From a virus (lineage: Duplodnaviria; Heunggongvirae; Uroviricota; Caudoviricetes): a stretch of 26,669 nucleotides of DNA. A model generated the notes under the pieces. The model saw only the letters and a program-made list of their open reading frames with translations. It was not told where the DNA came from and did no database searches. The position numbers and the translations under genes were made by a program. Shown here piece after piece: positions 1-10,140 of the stretch; positions within the stretch are counted from its first letter, which is position 1, and each line of letters begins with the position of its first letter. The stretch is from the IMG/VR virus record IMGVR_UViG_2734482780_000007; one strand, written 5' to 3'.

Positions 1-591
1 ATGTCTCGAATTTTTGCTTACTGTCGGATATCAACGCTGGATCAGACCACCGAAAATCAACGCCGGGAAATCGAAAGTGCAGGTTTTAAAATCAAACCTC
101 AGCAAATAATCGAAGAACACATTAGCGGCTCAGCAGCAACCAGTGAGCGTCCTGGTTTTAACCGGTTGCTTGCTCGCCTGAAATGTGGTGATCAATTGAT
201 TGTGACAAAACTGGATCGCCTTGGTTGTAATGCAATGGATATCAGGAAAACAGTGGAACAACTGACCGAAACAGGTATCAGAGTGCATTGCTTAGCATTG
301 GGGGGCATTGACCTGACCAGTCCAACAGGAAAAATGATGATGCAAGTAATTTCAGCAGTCGCTGAATTTGAACGAGACCTTTTACTTGAACGCACTCATT
401 CCGGGATAGTAAGAGCCCGGGGCGCAGGGAAACGTTTTGGTCGACCACCTGTGTTAAATGAAGAACAGAAACAGGTGGTATTCGAACGAATTAAGTCAGG
501 TGTAAGTATAAGTGCCATTGCCCGGGAATTCAAAACCTCGCGGCAAACCATTTTAAGAGCCAAAGCAAAACTTCAGACACCTGACATATAA
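1..591 (+). CDS. pinQ: Serine recombinase / DNA invertase (Pin/Gin/Hin family), 196 aa
   Basis: N-terminal catalytic-Ser motif (YCRISTLDQ) and C-terminal HTH typical of Hin/Gin/Pin invertases; sits next to tail fibre genes. Confidence 0.93.
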
Positions 592-688
592 AAAATAATC
601 TCGGTGTGAGATGCTTTACGTCTTCCAAGCCACCTTCCTTGCCGTAAATGGAAAGATACATCTAATTATAGAATTTATATGTTTTACC

Positions 689-1264
689 CTACGGCAGTGC
701 TGGCCATTCAATATCCTGTGCAGTTGACGTATCAACACGGTTCAGCAATACCCGATACTTTTTCCATGCTTCCAGCAACGAGATTTCTTCCTCCGTTGCA
801 ATTTCCAGATCTGCAGCATCCTGAAGCGGCGCAATATGCTCACTGGCTACCTGCATCAGGCTGTTTTTTGTTTCTTCCGCCTCCCGGATCCGGAACAGTT
901 TTTCTGCTTCCGTATCCTTCACCCAGGCTGTGCCGTTCCACTTCTGATATTCCCCTCCCGGCGATAACCAGGTAACATTTTCCGGTAACGGACCGAGTTC
1001 AGAAATAAATAACGCGTCGCCGGAAGCCACGTCATAAACCGTTTTACCCCGATGATCTTCAACGAGATGCCACGATGCCTCATCACTGTTGAAAACAGCC
1101 ACGAAGCCTGCCGGAATATCTGGCGGTGCAATATCGATACTGTTTGCTGGCAGACCTGTATGAGGCGGAATATATGCGTCACCTTCACCAATAAATTCAT
1201 TAGTTCCGGCCAGCAGATTATAAATTTTTATGGTCCGTGGTTGTTCACTCATTCTGAATGCCAT
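689..1264 (-). CDS. tfaQ: Tail fibre assembly protein (lambda Tfa-like), 191 aa
   Basis: Near-identical to lambda Tfa ([26 protein letters not shown]...); start ATG overlaps the stf stop (TAATG). Confidence 0.93.
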   Translation of the reverse strand: MAFRMSEQPRTIKIYNLLAGTNEFIGEGDAYIPPHTGLPANSIDIAPPDIPAGFVAVFNSDEASWHLVEDHRGKTVYDVASGDALFISELGPLPENVTWLSPGGEYQKWNGTAWVKDTEAEKLFRIREAEETKNSLMQVASEHIAPLQDAADLEIATEEEISLLEAWKKYRVLLNRVDTSTAQDIEWPALP

Positions 1265-4017
1265 TATGCAAGCCTCACAATATAGTTAAATGCGATGTTT
1301 TTGACGGTGTTTTCCGCGTTACCAGCAGCGTTAACGGTGATGGTATGTCCATGTGAACCAATCGCAACGGAGTGCGTATGAGCACCAATACCGACAGTAT
1401 GTGCGTGTGCACCTGCGCTTGCAGCAGTACCCGATACAGAGTGCGTATGAGCGCCTGCAGAAGAAGTGTTAACACTGTATTTAGAATAATCAGGTGATCC
1501 ACTTCCCGGAGCACCACTGGAACCACCTGAAACAAATGTCATCGAATGGGTATGTGCACCGGCTGAAGCAGCCGTACCGCTAACACTATGGGTATGCGCA
1601 CCAGTGTTATTCGTGGATTTAGTGCCGTAATCAAACGACGATGTGGTTTTCGTCCCCAAATCCGTACTGGATACGCTGGCGCTGTGGGTGTGTGATTTAA
1701 TGCCGTCCTGTTCCTGAGACAATACGGCTCGATCACTGGCGGGCTTGCCCTTAATCGTCCAGCCACGCATATCAGGGATCACGCCTGACGGATAAGCGGC
1801 TGCAAGTTTCGGGTAAGCAGATTTGTCAAAAGTCTGCCCCTGCATCAGGGCATAACCAGACGGAACGGTATCTGATGGCCACGGGATTGGTGCACCGACT
1901 GGATAAAACTCTGCAGGAGGATGAGCCGAGGTGTAAAGCTGCGCCCACGGCGACCAGTTTGCGTCGGTCGTATCCCGTCGTGAACGAATAAATGCCGGAG
2001 CATGAGCACCGCTTGTACCACTCCAGCCGATGAGTAACTCACCTTCGCCAACGGCTGTCATCCCTTTCAGGTGAATGATATTTCCATACGCTGTTGGATA
2101 TCCGTTGTTATACACCTCGTATAACTCAAGACCTGTTGCCCCCTGCGTATTGTCTGTCAGCGCGGTTACCCGACCTTTTGAAGACAGATTAACTGATGAT
2201 ACTGCTGTTCCACCTGACGGTAACGCCCCGATCTCTGATGCCGTTGGCTTATTTCTGGAGTTATAGTCCCTTCGCCAGCCAGGTGAATAATCTGTTCCGT
2301 GATTAATATAGGTAAACTGGGCGTTAGTTGTTCCACCACCAGTGGAGGTGGTCGGTGTGGTAATGCGGATCGTCATCGCTGACTTTATCCCCATTACTTC
2401 AATGACAGCTCCGGCGAGATGAATATTACCGCAGCCAGTATCAGTAATGATTTTATTATTGCCATAAGACCAGGAACCCTTGCACATCCAGTATGGATGG
2501 TTAAATGCTCCCTGAGAATCCAGCCACTCGATAAACTGTGCAGTCGTCCAGTTTCCTGTTGTTGTGCTTACTGACCCACCGAAGGCACGGCAGGCACCAA
2601 TATTTTTCGTAAAGGTGTCTTTGCCAGGGATATCCGCACCGTTCTGATCTTTCTGCAGACGTTTCTCAGCATTGTCATTGGCTGCTTTTACTGCCTTTGG
2701 CGTTGCCGCCAGCGTTTCAGACGTGCTGTTGGTCGCGCTGCTTAGCTGGATTATCCCTTTCTGTGCTGTCGTTGCATCCTGTGCGGTGTATTTCCCGTTA
2801 GCCAGGTCATACGCGGCCTTAACGGCTTTTGGCGTTGCCGCCAGTGACTCGGAAGTGCTGTTGGTCGCACTGCTGAGCTGTACTATCCCCTTTTTCGTCG
2901 TGCTCGCATCCTCAAGCGCCACGGCGGATGCAATATCCTCTGCCCGTTTTGCCGCTGTCTCAGCGCGCGTTGCTGCAGATTCCGCCGTACTTTTGCTCTG
3001 AGCTGCTGCCGTCGCACTGCCAGCTGCCTCTGTCGCCTTCGTGGATGCCGTCGTGGCGCTACCCTTCGCTGCTGACGCCTGTCTGGTCGCCTCATCTTTT
3101 GAAGCAGACGCAGATGATGCCGATGACGACGCCGAACTGGCTGACGATGCGGCAGCCGTTTTTGAGGATTCTGCGCTGGTTTCCGACGCTTTCGCGTTCG
3201 TTTCGGATGTCTTCGCTGCGGAAGCAGACCTCGCTGCTGCGCTGGCTTGTTCAGTGGCTTCGCCAGCCTTCGTTGTGGCTGTTGAAGCAGACGATGCGGC
3301 GCTTTCTGCCGATTTTCCGGCGGCGGTGGCACTGGCTGAGGCCTGCCCGGCACTTGTTGACGCTGCACTGGCAGACGACGCAGCCGCTGTTTTTGAGCCT
3401 GCCGCAGCCGAGGCGCTCTGTCCCGCTGCCGTTTCAGAAGACCTGGCGTTCGTCTCTGACGTTTTTGCCGCCTTCGCGGAATTTCCTGCCGCTGTTGCCG
3501 AGGAAGCTGCGCTACTGGCGCTCGAGGATGCGTTCGTTTCTGATGATTTTGCCGCCTCTTTTGAAGCCGCCGCATCCCGGGCTGAGGTGGCAGCTTCTGA
3601 CGCTTTCGTAGTCGCGGTGGATGCAGAAGTGGCTGCTGATTGTTGTGACGCTGCAGCATTCGTTTCTGACGTTTTCGCGGCACTGGCACTGGTAGCTGCC
3701 GCGCTTTTTGAGGACTCTGCAGCGGCAGCACTTTTTGATGCTTCAGTGGCCTTTGTTGATGCCGTTCCTGCGCTGGAAGTCGCTGACTGAGCCGACGACG
3801 CGGCCTGTCCGGCTGACGTGCTGGCTGCGCGTGCTGAGCCTGCAGCATCAGTCGCATGGGTTTCGGCATACCATCTTATAACGGCGGCAGAGTCATAAAG
3901 CACCTCATTACCCTTGCCACCGCCTCGCAGAACGGGCATTCCCTGTTCCTGCCAGTTCTGAATGGTACGGATACTCGCACCGAAAATGTCAGCCAGCTGC
4001 TTTTTGTTGACTTCCAT
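1264..4017 (-). CDS. stfQ: Side tail fibre protein fused in frame to the N-terminal ~52 aa of terminase small subunit Nu1 (917 aa chimeric ORF)
   Basis: First ~52 residues match lambda Nu1 N-terminus ([46 protein letters not shown]...), then continues as lambda Stf-like sequence ([18 protein letters not shown]...), the [31 protein letters not shown] repeat and a His-rich C-terminus. Confidence 0.9.
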   Translation of the reverse strand: MEVNKKQLADIFGASIRTIQNWQEQGMPVLRGGGKGNEVLYDSAAVIRWYAETHATDAAGSARAASTSAGQAASSAQSATSSAGTASTKATEASKSAAAAESSKSAAATSASAAKTSETNAAASQQSAATSASTATTKASEAATSARDAAASKEAAKSSETNASSSASSAASSATAAGNSAKAAKTSETNARSSETAAGQSASAAAGSKTAAASSASAASTSAGQASASATAAGKSAESAASSASTATTKAGEATEQASAAARSASAAKTSETNAKASETSAESSKTAAASSASSASSSASSASASKDEATRQASAAKGSATTASTKATEAAGSATAAAQSKSTAESAATRAETAAKRAEDIASAVALEDASTTKKGIVQLSSATNSTSESLAATPKAVKAAYDLANGKYTAQDATTAQKGIIQLSSATNSTSETLAATPKAVKAANDNAEKRLQKDQNGADIPGKDTFTKNIGACRAFGGSVSTTTGNWTTAQFIEWLDSQGAFNHPYWMCKGSWSYGNNKIITDTGCGNIHLAGAVIEVMGIKSAMTIRITTPTTSTGGGTTNAQFTYINHGTDYSPGWRRDYNSRNKPTASEIGALPSGGTAVSSVNLSSKGRVTALTDNTQGATGLELYEVYNNGYPTAYGNIIHLKGMTAVGEGELLIGWSGTSGAHAPAFIRSRRDTTDANWSPWAQLYTSAHPPAEFYPVGAPIPWPSDTVPSGYALMQGQTFDKSAYPKLAAAYPSGVIPDMRGWTIKGKPASDRAVLSQEQDGIKSHTHSASVSSTDLGTKTTSSFDYGTKSTNNTGAHTHSVSGTAASAGAHTHSMTFVSGGSSGAPGSGSPDYSKYSVNTSSAGAHTHSVSGTAASAGAHAHTVGIGAHTHSVAIGSHGHTITVNAAGNAENTVKNIAFNYIVRLA

Positions 4018-4194
4018 TGTTCATTCCACGGCCAAAAACAGAGAAAGGAAACGACAGAGGCCCAAAAGCTCGTTTTCAGCACCTGTCGTTTCCTTTCTTT
4101 TCAGTGGGTATTTTAAATAAAAACATTAAGTTACGACGAAGAAGAACGGAAATGCCTTAAACCGGAAAATTTTCATAAATAGCGAAAACCCGCG

Positions 4195-4206
4195 AGGTCG
4201 CCGCCC
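4195..4206. other. cosN cohesive-end site (12-nt GGGCGGCGACCT on the minus strand) with flanking cosB-like sequence
   Basis: Minus-strand sequence GTTACGGGGCGGCGACCTCGCGGGTTTTCGCTATTTATGAAAATTTTCCGGTTTAAGG matches the junction of the lambda genome ends, immediately upstream of the Nu1 start. Confidence 0.8.
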
Positions 4207-4405
4207 CGTAACCTGTCGGATCGCCGGAAAGGACCCGCAAAATGATAATAATTATCATCTGCATGTCACAACGTGCATCTACGCCATCAAACCACGTCAA
4301 ATAATCAATTATGACGCAGATATCGTATTAATTGATCTGCATCAACTTAACGTAAAAACAACTTCAGACAATACAAATCAGCGACACTGAATACGGGACA
4401 ACCTC

Positions 4406-4639
4406 ATGTCAACGAAGAACAGAACCCGCAGAACAACAACCTGCAACATCCGCTTTCCTAACCAAATGATTGAACAAATTAACATCGCTCTTGAGCAAAA
4501 AGGGTCCGGGAATTTCTCAGCCTGGGTCATTGAAGCCTGCCGCCGGAGACTGTGCTCAGAAAAAAGAGTTTCTTCTGAAGCAAACAAAGAAAAGAGTGAC
4601 ATTACTGAATTGCTCAGAAAACAGGTCAGACCAGATTGA
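4406..4639 (+). CDS. ynfO: Small hypothetical protein, 77 aa (YnfO-like)
   Basis: ORF in moron block between cos and the lysis genes; weak SD. Confidence 0.6.
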   Translation: MSTKNRTRRTTTCNIRFPNQMIEQINIALEQKGSGNFSAWVIEACRRRLCSEKRVSSEANKEKSDITELLRKQVRPD

Positions 4640-4696
4640 AGCAATTTAGATAATCGTGCAGACTACGCCCCCTCATATCACATGGAAGGTTTATCT

Positions 4697-5107
4697 ATGG
4701 ATCAGGTAGTCATTTTTAAACAAATATTTGATAAAGTTCGAAACGATTTAAACTATCAATGGTTTTATTCTGAGCTAAAACGTCACAATGTCTCACATTA
4801 CATTTACTATTTAGCCACAGAGAATGTTCATATTGTATTAAAAAATGATAATACAGTGTTATTAAAGGGCCTAAAAAACATTGTGTCTGTCAAATTTTCA
4901 AAGGATAGGCATCTTATAGAAACGACCTCTAATAAGCTGAAATCCAGAGAGCTCACATTTCAGGAATACAGAAGAAACCTTGCTAAAGCAGGAGTTTTTC
5001 GGTGGGTTACAAATATCCACGAACAAAAAAGATATTACTATACCTTTGATAATTCATTACTATTTACTGAAAGCATCCAGAAAACTACACAGATCTTACC
5101 ACGCTAA
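4697..5107 (+). CDS. ydfO: DUF1398-family protein, 136 aa (YdfO-like)
   Basis: ORF with GGAAGG SD 7 nt upstream of the ATG at 4697; a hairpin follows the stop. Confidence 0.8.
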   Translation: MDQVVIFKQIFDKVRNDLNYQWFYSELKRHNVSHYIYYLATENVHIVLKNDNTVLLKGLKNIVSVKFSKDRHLIETTSNKLKSRELTFQEYRRNLAKAGVFRWVTNIHEQKRYYYTFDNSLLFTESIQKTTQILPR

Positions 5108-5258
5108 ACCATAACGTCCGGCTTCTCTCACTCCTGAGCCGGACTGCATTGGTTTAATAAAAACCATCAACAATTGTGATTTAGATATTCGGAACCATTC
5201 AAATATAACAAAACCCCGTAAAAACGAGGTTTATGGATAAATTTTATTATTGAATACA

Positions 5259-5435
5259 TCAGATTAAATTAATCTTGACATCATAGCTTTCAAGACCCGT
5301 CATTTTTTCCCGTGCGGTAAACTGAATACTGGTAACTTCTTTCCCGGTCTTTTTCTTAAGTTCAATAATTTTTTTTGTTATATATTCAGAAATATCTGCT
5401 TCTGCTTTTGTTTTTAAGTTTTCAATATTCATCAT
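5259..5435 (-). CDS. gnsB: GnsA/GnsB-family small protein, 58 aa
   Basis: Translation MMNIENLKTKAEADISEYITKKIIELKKKTGKEVTSIQFTAREKMTGLESYDVKINLI; hairpin plus T-run terminator just downstream on the minus strand (about 5216-5237). Confidence 0.85.
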   Translation of the reverse strand: MMNIENLKTKAEADISEYITKKIIELKKKTGKEVTSIQFTAREKMTGLESYDVKINLI

Positions 5436-5603
5436 TTCCTCTTTTAGTCTGTTATGACTTTCCAGTTACACAGTAAGTCGATTATATGGTGCAAACGTGT
5501 AAAAGATAAGATGAAACATCGCAATAATCAACATACGATAGTCTAAATTTTACACAAACAGACAAAGAAAATTTTCCTGAATTATCAATACAATAGCATC
5601 AAA

Positions 5604-5834
5604 TCAACTCAAGAGCCTTATTGCTGCTTCCAGAATTTCTTCTGAAGTAACATGTCGATCCGCGGCTACATAAATGACTTTATGATCTCCGGTCAGAGAT
5701 GGAAACCCTGCGGCCATTACAGTAAGGTGTGTTTTTTCGCCATTTGGATATTCACGCATGATGGTGTTAACTCCAGTCATCGCTGGCACTACCACTGCAG
5801 GTTCAGAGTTAAAAAAAACTATGATTTTTTTCAT
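5604..5834 (-). CDS. YmcE/YnfN-like small protein, 76 aa from the first ATG (the ORF track uses an upstream TTG)
   Basis: ORF adjacent to gnsB and cspI; no clear SD; begins right after a minus-strand terminator. Confidence 0.45.
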   Translation of the reverse strand: MKKIIVFFNSEPAVVVPAMTGVNTIMREYPNGEKTHLTVMAAGFPSLTGDHKVIYVAADRHVTSEEILEAAIRLLS

Positions 5835-5877
5835 GATGTTACCGTAGTATGTGAGTATCCATCGAATAGATACCAAG

Positions 5878-5898
5878 CAAAAAAGCTCCCGAAGGAGC
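5878..5898 (-). terminator. Rho-independent terminator (GCTCC-CGAA-GGAGC followed by a U-run on the minus strand)
   Basis: GC hairpin followed by six T on the minus strand, downstream of cspI. Confidence 0.55.
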
Positions 5899-6105
5899 CT
5901 TCATTTTCACTTTTTTAAATCCAACGACAGACGGCTGGCATTTAAGTATTGTGAAATATTATCAAATGTAATCATCATTGATTTACAAAAGATACATTTT
6001 GCCCCGAAAGGATTCATGTCAGAAACATCAAAAGATGATGTTCTATACTGGGAACCATGACAACACGGGCATCTAAAGTGAATATGGTTTGTAATATTGT
6101 CTACC

Positions 6106-6318
6106 TCAAAGCGCCACTACATGAACAGCGGCAGGACCTTTAGGTCCGTTCTCAATACCAAATTCAACTTCCTGATTCTCAGTTAATGTTTTGAAATCGT
6201 TGCTCTGAATTGCTGAGAAATGGACAAACACATCTTTGCTGCCATCTTTCGGCGTGATGAAACCAAAACCTTTTTCAGGGTTAAACCATTTCACTAAACC
6301 AGTCATTTTGTTAGACAT
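6106..6318 (-). CDS. cspI: Cold-shock protein, CspA family, 70 aa
   Basis: [23 protein letters not shown]... cold-shock domain with RNP motifs; long AT-rich 5' leader. Confidence 0.95.
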   Translation of the reverse strand: MSNKMTGLVKWFNPEKGFGFITPKDGSKDVFVHFSAIQSNDFKTLTENQEVEFGIENGPKGPAAVHVVAL

Positions 6319-6681
6319 AATTATTACCTTTTGAAGAAATTAGCCCTTGGGCAGAATGGTCCGAAAAAAAATATCAGAGAGAAAAACCAACAAGGAAATC
6401 TCAAGAGGTACAAATAATAAAATTATAACAATGACTGCTTCAGATAAATTTGTAACAAACCAGAACACCATTAACGCATGATTAACCACCCATAGCAAGG
6501 ATTACTTTTGTAAAGAAAAACACAGCAATGAAAGAATAGCTTTATTTATTAATAATAACGTGTCATTCTGATTAAGACCTTTTATCTTACCCTTAAGATT
6601 TCAGGAATTTTGGCTCATGGAAGAGTCCTTTTTATTTAAATTTTACATTCCGCGATGTAAATGTTCCGATTTAATATTACC

Positions 6682-7705
<1,024 letters not shown>

Positions 7706-7709
<4 letters not shown>

Positions 7710-8017
7710 ATATATTTATGATGAGGACGCTCGTGCTTATTGGCAGGATTTTCAATCTTAAAGGAGTACTGATGCTGCAGATAAGACTCAACTTTTTCTG
7801 ACAATTTTTCTGCTACTTCCAGGAAGACTTGCCGGACGCTCCTTCTGGCTGCTGCCTCATAAAACTCCAGCGCAGCTCCTTCAACACGGTCCATGGCGAC
7901 ATCCAGGTCAAAAATTTCACCGTCAAAGCGTTCTTTGTCCTGTAAGGCTACAGTTACCGTAACTTTATTCTCAAAATTACGGACTCCTTTCACAACCAGT
8001 TCATAGTCTTGAGTCAT
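7706..8017 (-). CDS. ydfR: Hypothetical protein (DUF1327-like), 103 aa, sitting between holin and endolysin
   Basis: ORF translationally coupled to the endolysin (overlapping stop/start). Confidence 0.8.
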
Positions 8018-8021
8018 TGGA

Positions 8022-8237
8022 TTACTCTCCTCTCGCAGCCTTACGCCTGTCTTCTTTAATCTTGAAATAAAGATTTGTCAGATACGTCAGCAGGCCAAAA
8101 ACCAGGCTACCCAGCACACCGATTGCAGCCCACTGTGACGGAGTTACTTTATCGAGTAACTGCAATGCCCAGAAACCAGCATTACCCGCCGATGTGCCAT
8201 AGGCAACACCTGTTGTTAACTTATCCATTGATTTCAT
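8022..8237 (-). CDS. essQ: Pinholin (phage 21 S-like class II holin) with dual start motif MKSM, 71 aa
   Basis: [71 protein letters not shown] resembles S21; GGTGAGG SD upstream; two TM segments. Confidence 0.88.
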   Translation of the reverse strand: MKSMDKLTTGVAYGTSAGNAGFWALQLLDKVTPSQWAAIGVLGSLVFGLLTYLTNLYFKIKEDRRKAARGE

Positions 8238-8456
8238 ATCCTCACCCCGATGTACACGGATGGTGCAATATGTTTGAAAAGATCGGAGTCTACGGGGTAG
8301 TTTTGACAGCACACGTTGTTCTCAACGGCGCTAAAAAAACATACACATTAAAAATGTGGGTAATTATTTTGAAAGAAAGTCATATATAAAATAATAATAC
8401 GAGAAATGTTTTCATATTTAGTGTACTGTATACGGCCATTTATACAGGAAAAGCCT

Positions 8457-8627
8457 ATGTCAGAACGTAAAAACTCAAAATCACGCCGTAATTATCTCGT
8501 TAAATGTTCCTGCCCAAACTGCACCCAAGAGTCAGAACACAGTTTTTCAAGAGTACAAAAAGGTGCCCTTTTGATCTGCCCTCATTGCAACAAAGTATTC
8601 CAGACAAATCTTAAAGCTGTAGCCTGA
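8457..8627 (+). CDS. Small zinc-ribbon-like protein, 56 aa (CxxC ... CxxC)
   Basis: MSERKNSKSRRNYLVKCSCPNCTQESEHSFSRVQKGALLICPHCNKVFQTNLKAVA; AGGAAAA SD upstream; hairpin terminator downstream. Confidence 0.55.
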   Translation: MSERKNSKSRRNYLVKCSCPNCTQESEHSFSRVQKGALLICPHCNKVFQTNLKAVA

Positions 8628-8684
8628 TTGATTTTATTAGTAACAAGTATTTTTTATATTTTAATAATATATTTAAAGCAGATA

Positions 8685-8710
8685 ATAAAAAACCCGCCTG
8701 AGCGGGTTTG
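8685..8710. terminator. Bidirectional rho-independent terminator (AAACCCGC-CTGA-GCGGGTTT)
   Basis: GC-rich hairpin flanked by an A-run on one side and T on the other; downstream of cspB (minus) and of the zinc-ribbon ORF (plus). Confidence 0.6.
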
Positions 8711-8990
8711 AGATTGTGGTGCTTTTTGTGGGAGTCATCCACTTACGCACTTTGTTTTGCCATGCCAGCAGTTAGCTTCTGCTGTAAAACTATTCATGCA
8801 GCAAACCTGCACTTCACCACAATGGTTAGCATACTTTTCCTGATTAAGATTTTGCCAAATATGCTAGCCATTGTTTCATGTATTGGACCTCCTTACTTTT
8901 TATTAAAGAGATCCAATATTCACTACTCTGTCCGTATCTCTACTCAGGCATCAGCCTTCTTCGTTATCGTATACAGACGAGCGATGAATT

Positions 8991-9206
8991 TTAATCAGTA
9001 ATGATGACATTTGCTGCTGCAGGACCTTTAGCACCACTCTCTATAGAGAAGGTAACCTTTTGACCTTCAAATAAGGTTCGATAATTATCATTCTGAATCG
9101 CAGAAAAATGCACAAACACATCTTTACTACCATCAACAGGAGAAATAAAGCCGAAACCTTTATCAGCGTTAAACCATTTTACTAAACCAGTCATTTTATT
9201 TGACAT
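8991..9206 (-). CDS. cspB: Cold-shock protein, CspA family, 71 aa
   Basis: [23 protein letters not shown]... Confidence 0.95.
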   Translation of the reverse strand: MSNKMTGLVKWFNADKGFGFISPVDGSKDVFVHFSAIQNDNYRTLFEGQKVTFSIESGAKGPAAANVIITD

Positions 9207-9506
9207 TCTACATTCCTTAACTTGAGCCTTTCGGCATAAATGGTTTGCATAACAGAAACGACTTCGTACTTAATTGGAGAGACTCAAAGAAGGAATAAGT
9301 GAATAACACCTGAAATGAGAACTGCTTTAGTAAACTACTTCGTATATCGTCTGTTCTTCAAACCGACGCAATCATTAACGCATAGTTGAACATATGAAGC
9401 AATGTTTATTTTAGACATCCAGCCATCTTCAACCCCATCAAAAAACTATAGCTTTCTTCAGGAACGTGTGTATAGTGCGCCAAGTTATCAGTATTAAGGA
9501 ATTTTT

Positions 9507-9719
9507 TTGTCCCGTAAAATGACAGGAATTGTCAAAACCTTTGACGGCAAAAGCGGCAAGGGTCTTATCACCCCATCCGATGGTCGTATCGATGTCCAGC
9601 TTCATGTCTCAGCGCTCAATCTCCGCGATGCAGAAGAAATTACCACCGGATTACGCGTGGAATTTTGCCGGATAAATGGTCTGCGTGGCCCTTCAGCTGC
9701 CAATGTTTACCTTTCATGA
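9507..9719 (+). CDS. cspF: Cold-shock protein, CspA family, 70 aa
   Basis: [23 protein letters not shown]...; divergent from cspB. Confidence 0.93.
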
Positions 9720-9773
9720 GCTATATTAAAGCTTTAATTTCAGGCCCCATCGGATCACACATGGAGAGTTTTT

Positions 9774-9863
9774 ATGAATAACCCCGTCTGTCTTGATGAC
9801 TGGTTGATTGGCTTTAAAAGCTTATGCTGTACTTTGGCCGTAATAGCTCTGCTAATAATATAA
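9774..9863 (+). CDS. Possible small hydrophobic peptide, 29 aa
   Basis: [29 protein letters not shown] with GGAG SD 7 nt upstream; unverified. Confidence 0.25.
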
Positions 9864-10010
9864 TAAGCAGACTCATTGTGTTTAGGGACATTGTACTGGA
9901 AGAAAACATTTTAAACATCAGGCAAATAACCAAGTCACCAGCTAAATAATAAGTTAACAGACATGAGTCCCGGGATGAGATTCAACATTACCATTGCCCC
10001 ATTTAAAGCA

Positions 10011-10046
10011 CAAAACCCGCTCATCAGCGGGTTTTCTACTTTTTCT
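10011..10046. terminator. Bidirectional rho-independent terminator (AAACCCGC-TCATCA-GCGGGTTTT); candidate tR' for the late promoter
   Basis: Perfect GC hairpin with T-runs on both strands, about 100 nt downstream of the Q stop. Confidence 0.65.
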
Positions 10047-10075
10047 TAACGTCGGGTATACAAAGCCCATCGTTG

Positions 10076-10104
10076 AAAAAATTTTATCCATATTTTTTGA
10101 AAAA
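10076..10104 (-). promoter_or_regulatory. Candidate late promoter (pR'-like): TTGCAT-N17-TAAAAT on the minus strand
   Basis: Sigma-70-like hexamers with 17-bp spacer directly downstream of the Q gene and upstream of the terminator hairpin. Confidence 0.35.
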
Positions 10105-10140
10105 TGCAAACATCATGTCGCCATCTTCAGCAAAAATCAT

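Noticed and set aside
679-1200. 98-aa plus-strand and 93-aa minus-strand ORFs overlapping tfa
   Set aside because: Overlap the lambda Tfa-like gene in other frames or on the other strand; implausible composition.
592-1800. Search for a gix/hix/pix-like 26-bp crossover site for the Pin invertase
   Set aside because: No convincing match found by eye in the pin-tfa spacer or the 3' part of stf; cannot claim an invertible segment without a proper motif scan.
3041-3790. 249-aa Ala/Asp-rich ORF on the plus strand
   Set aside because: Antisense to the Ala/Ser/Thr-rich repeat region of the tail fibre gene; low-complexity mirror frame, no SD, fully inside a confidently assigned gene.
2883-3869. 328-aa Arg/Pro/Gln-rich ORF on the minus strand, and the 227-aa plus-strand ORF at 2928-3611
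   Set aside because: Alternative frames of the GC-rich repetitive stf region; extreme composition and no independent signals.
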